A stretch of 47,597 bases of DNA from a virus (lineage: Duplodnaviria > Caudoviricetes). A program made the position numbers and the translations under genes. The notes beneath the pieces were generated by a model. The model saw only the letters and a list, made by a program, of their open reading frames with translations, was not told the origin of the DNA and did not search any database. Below, in pieces: positions 45,361 to 47,597 of this stretch (position 1 is the first letter of the stretch; each line of letters begins with the position of its first letter). The stretch covers positions 1 to 47,597 of IMG/VR virus record IMGVR_UViG_3300010366_000017. One strand, 5' to 3'.

Positions 45361-45453
45361 CTAGAACGGCAGCTGGCCGGTGAGCCAGTAGCGGACGACG
45401 CAGTAGAGCACCTGCGCCGACGCGGCTAGCTCGCGGCAGCCGTGCCAGATCAC
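45361..45453 (-). CDS. 30-aa peptide (MIWHGCRELAASAQVLYCVVRYWLTGQLPF)
   Basis: GTGA coupling; ends just before the terminator. Confidence 0.4.
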   Translation of the reverse strand: MIWHGCRELAASAQVLYCVVRYWLTGQLPF

Positions 45454-45683
45454 TTGTGCCGGACGAGCCGTTGCGGCTCGTCTGCCCGCGGTGTCGCCCA
45501 GACGATGTCGGCGACGACGGACGGGTTGTGGACGACCCGCATCGAGCGGTGGTCGCAGCACGGGCAGAGATCCCCGTCGGCTAGGCAGCGCGACTCGTCG
45601 CCCTTGCGTAGCTCGTGGATCACTGTGGCGCCGCAGCCTGCACACTCGCAGCGCGACGCCTCCCAGTTCAGCTGTGGAGTCAC
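45450..45683 (-). CDS. small Zn-ribbon protein
   Basis: CAGCG...CPCC; GAGGA SD. Confidence 0.6.
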   Translation of the reverse strand: MTPQLNWEASRCECAGCGATVIHELRKGDESRCLADGDLCPCCDHRSMRVVHNPSVVADIVWATPRADEPQRLVRHK

Positions 45684-45763
45684 AGCGTCCTCTCTTTCCG
45701 CTAGCCCGTCGGCTAGCTATGTCTCGGATTCCGAGACAGGCAACACTTGTTGCCTGCTCAAAC

Positions 45764-45793
45764 AACGTATCCCGGCACGGACACTGTTGTCAA
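45764..45793 (-). promoter_or_regulatory. sigma-A-type promoter
   Basis: TTGACA-18-TACGTT. Confidence 0.7.
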
Positions 45794-45812
45794 GTCAGAC
45801 ACCTAAGGGGTT

Positions 45813-45828
45813 GCGTTTGACCAAACGC
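45813..45828. promoter_or_regulatory. palindromic operator copy 3
   Basis: GCGTTTGACCAAACGC. Confidence 0.75.
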
Positions 45829-45902
45829 GAGGCAGTCCCTACGCGCCCGCGTCGCGGTCTTTTAGAAAGACGGGCGTGCCCGGGCGAATGCTTGCGCAGT
45901 CA

Positions 45903-45916
45903 CGTTTGATCAAACG
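45903..45916. promoter_or_regulatory. palindromic operator copy 4
   Basis: CGTTTGATCAAACG. Confidence 0.75.
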
Positions 45917-45932
45917 GGTCGGCCGCGGGCAC

Positions 45933-45965
45933 AAAAAAACCCCCCGCGGCGTCTGCCGCGGGGGG
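45933..45965 (-). terminator. intrinsic terminator
   Basis: CCCCCCGCGGC/GCCGCGGGGGG with U7 on minus. Confidence 0.85.
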
Positions 45966-45968
45966 CTG

Positions 45969-45995
45969 GCTTGACTCACCTGGTGGACTCTCAGA
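45969..45995. repeat. inverted-repeat arm in the 3' UTR (pairs with 47263-47293)
   Basis: GCTTGACTCACCTGGTGGACTCTCAGA. Confidence 0.8.
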
Positions 45996-46016
45996 CGTTG
46001 TTTGTGTTGTTTGTGA

Positions 46017-47249
46017 CTAGCTGGTCTGCGGCGCCTCGGCGTCTGCCTCGGCGTCGGCCGCGGCGTCCGCGGCGGCTTGCTTCTGGGACGTCATCTCCGC
46101 CCGCAGGACGGAGAGGATGTCGGCCGGTTCGGTCGACTCCTTCCGCTCGACGTAGCGGTACTGCTCGACGGACTCCTTGGACGTCTTGTCCTGCATCGCC
46201 GCGGCCGTGAAGACGCCGAGGTGACCGAGGGAGTCGACGGCCGGGATGACCCGTTGGATCCGGTTCGGAACGTCCGACGTGCTCGGCGCCTCACCGGGCA
46301 CGCCCAAGAGCGAGTCGGAGAGGTGCGAGAGTCCGCGCCATAGCTGCTCAGCGAGGATGTCGGGATGACCCGCGGCAGTCGCGATTAGCTCGCTCATGAC
46401 GCGGGAGATGTCCGCGGCCGGGTTGCTCGGACCGGACGCCGTCGGGCGATTCGCCCGGCGTGCCTCCGCCTCCGCCTCCCGCTCCGCCTTGTCCGTCGCA
46501 GTCTCATACGCGGGCGGGACGTTCTGCCCGGCGTGCTTGTACGAGGTGCGCAGGAACGTTGCCACGTCCGCAGGAACGTTGTCCTTGCTCAGCTTGCGAG
46601 GCGCACCGTTCACGCCCGCCAGCTGCTCTTCCCAGACTGCGAAGTCCGCGTCTGAGATGTCACCTGCGGCGTGCCCGCGAGCCACGATCGCAACGTCCTT
46701 GCGACCCTCCGTTGCCAAGACGTTCTGGCGGACGGAGGCAAGCGCGGAGTCAACGTCGTCCTCGGAGATTTTCGAGTCCGGCGTCGCGGCGAGGATCGCG
46801 GCGTGAACCTTGCGCACGATCAGCCGATTGAAGCTGCGCTTGTAGGCGTTGCCCTTGCCGTGCTCGTCGGGCTTGCCCAGGTAGGTGAAGCACATCCGAA
46901 CCTGCATGATCAGCGGCACAAGCGCGAGCCGGATGGCGCGTGCCTCATCGCTGACCCGGGTGAGGCTTTCGAGTCCCGCGGCGATCCTGGGAACGAGTCC
47001 CATGACCGTCTTGGGATCCTCAAGCGCGGAGTCCTTGTCCTTGCTCGCTGCCACCAGGGCGTCGAGCGTGAACGGGTCGGAGTCCGCCCCGGGGTTGTCC
47101 TGCCCGCCCGCGTCTGCGGCGTCCGCGTCTGCGGCGTCTGCGGCGGCTTGCGCCTCCGCCTCCGCCACCTCGGCGTCCGCAGGAACGGGCGTGGCCTCCG
47201 CGGGCTTGCGTGCCCGGGAGGTACTGCGGTTGGAACTACGTGCTGGCAT
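46017..47249 (-). CDS. large early hypothetical protein (410 aa) with acidic Ala-rich termini
   Basis: GAAAGGAGG SD before ATG 47249; followed by its own terminator. Confidence 0.8.
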   Translation of the reverse strand: MPARSSNRSTSRARKPAEATPVPADAEVAEAEAQAAADAADADAADAGGQDNPGADSDPFTLDALVAASKDKDSALEDPKTVMGLVPRIAAGLESLTRVSDEARAIRLALVPLIMQVRMCFTYLGKPDEHGKGNAYKRSFNRLIVRKVHAAILAATPDSKISEDDVDSALASVRQNVLATEGRKDVAIVARGHAAGDISDADFAVWEEQLAGVNGAPRKLSKDNVPADVATFLRTSYKHAGQNVPPAYETATDKAEREAEAEARRANRPTASGPSNPAADISRVMSELIATAAGHPDILAEQLWRGLSHLSDSLLGVPGEAPSTSDVPNRIQRVIPAVDSLGHLGVFTAAAMQDKTSKESVEQYRYVERKESTEPADILSVLRAEMTSQKQAAADAAADAEADAEAPQTS

Positions 47250-47262
47250 GGCCAGCCTCCTT

Positions 47263-47293
47263 TCGGAGAGTCCCACCAGGTGAGTTTTCAAGC
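47263..47293. repeat. inverted-repeat arm in the 5' UTR (pairs with 45969-45995)
   Basis: Minus strand reads GCTTGAAAACTCACCTGGTGGGACTCTCCGA. Confidence 0.8.
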
Positions 47294-47460
47294 GTTGCCA
47301 AGTGCCCGGCCACGTCCGGGTCAAGAGTCCGCCCGACCCGCGCTGACCGCGGAGGGCTGCATCACCAGCTAAGCACAAGGGTAGGACCCGTGTCAAGCCT
47401 AAGGTCTAGCCCGACCCTAGACCATAGGTTGGACTGACCGGCGATGGCTGGCCAGCGACC

Positions 47461-47474
47461 CGTTTGAACAAACG
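47461..47474. promoter_or_regulatory. palindromic operator copy 5
   Basis: CGTTTGAACAAACG, about 65 bp upstream of a minus-strand TTGACA at 47391-96. Confidence 0.75.
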
Positions 47475-47597
47475 TGAGTCCTCAACTATTGACCACTCAA
47501 GCTCTTGAGTCGGACAGAGAGACGCGTCGAAGAGGACGCGCCCGCACACGCACGGGCGGCCCACCCCCCCCACGAGCCTGCGGCGCAAGTTGCCGAC

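Noticed and set aside
45969-47293. IS element bounded by terminal inverted repeats
   Set aside because: The enclosed protein shows no transposase motif I can recognise, the arms are bulged, and no target-site duplication is evident
47367-47396. Full sigma-A promoter for the 46017 gene
   Set aside because: TTGACA is perfect but the spaced -10 (TTAGCT) is poor, so it is not called as a feature

Overview
The window looks like an essentially complete, high-GC (about two-thirds G+C by eye) dsDNA phage genome with short-tailed, podovirus-type gene content. The host is probably a non-mycolate actinobacterium, inferred from Ku, an Rpf domain, a CHAP endolysin and no visible LysB. The plus-strand arm (1356-31155) carries packaging, portal, scaffold, capsid, three glycan/methyl-modification enzymes, adaptor and nozzle, a set of modular fibre genes, four internal/ejection proteins and lysis genes. 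The minus-strand arm (31240-47249, apparently continuing into 223-921 across the window ends) holds early/middle genes: Ku, a PD-(D/E)XK nuclease, an SSB-like protein, HNH proteins, a ParB-like protein, a secreted Rpf and many small Zn-finger proteins. I see no integrase, DNA polymerase, helicase, primase, tRNA, CRISPR array or reverse transcriptase. The most interesting signals are mostly non-coding: (1) a palindrome CGTTTGNNCAAACG repeated five times around early promoters, one copy in the ParB-like gene leader; (2) an early gene bracketed by complementary 5' and 3' UTRs; (3) several densely structured intergenic RNA candidates (about 970-1356, 10837-11018, 33797-34118); (4) three late genes that appear to need AUU/CUG starts. 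All protein calls come from motif recognition and gene order; no database search was run.
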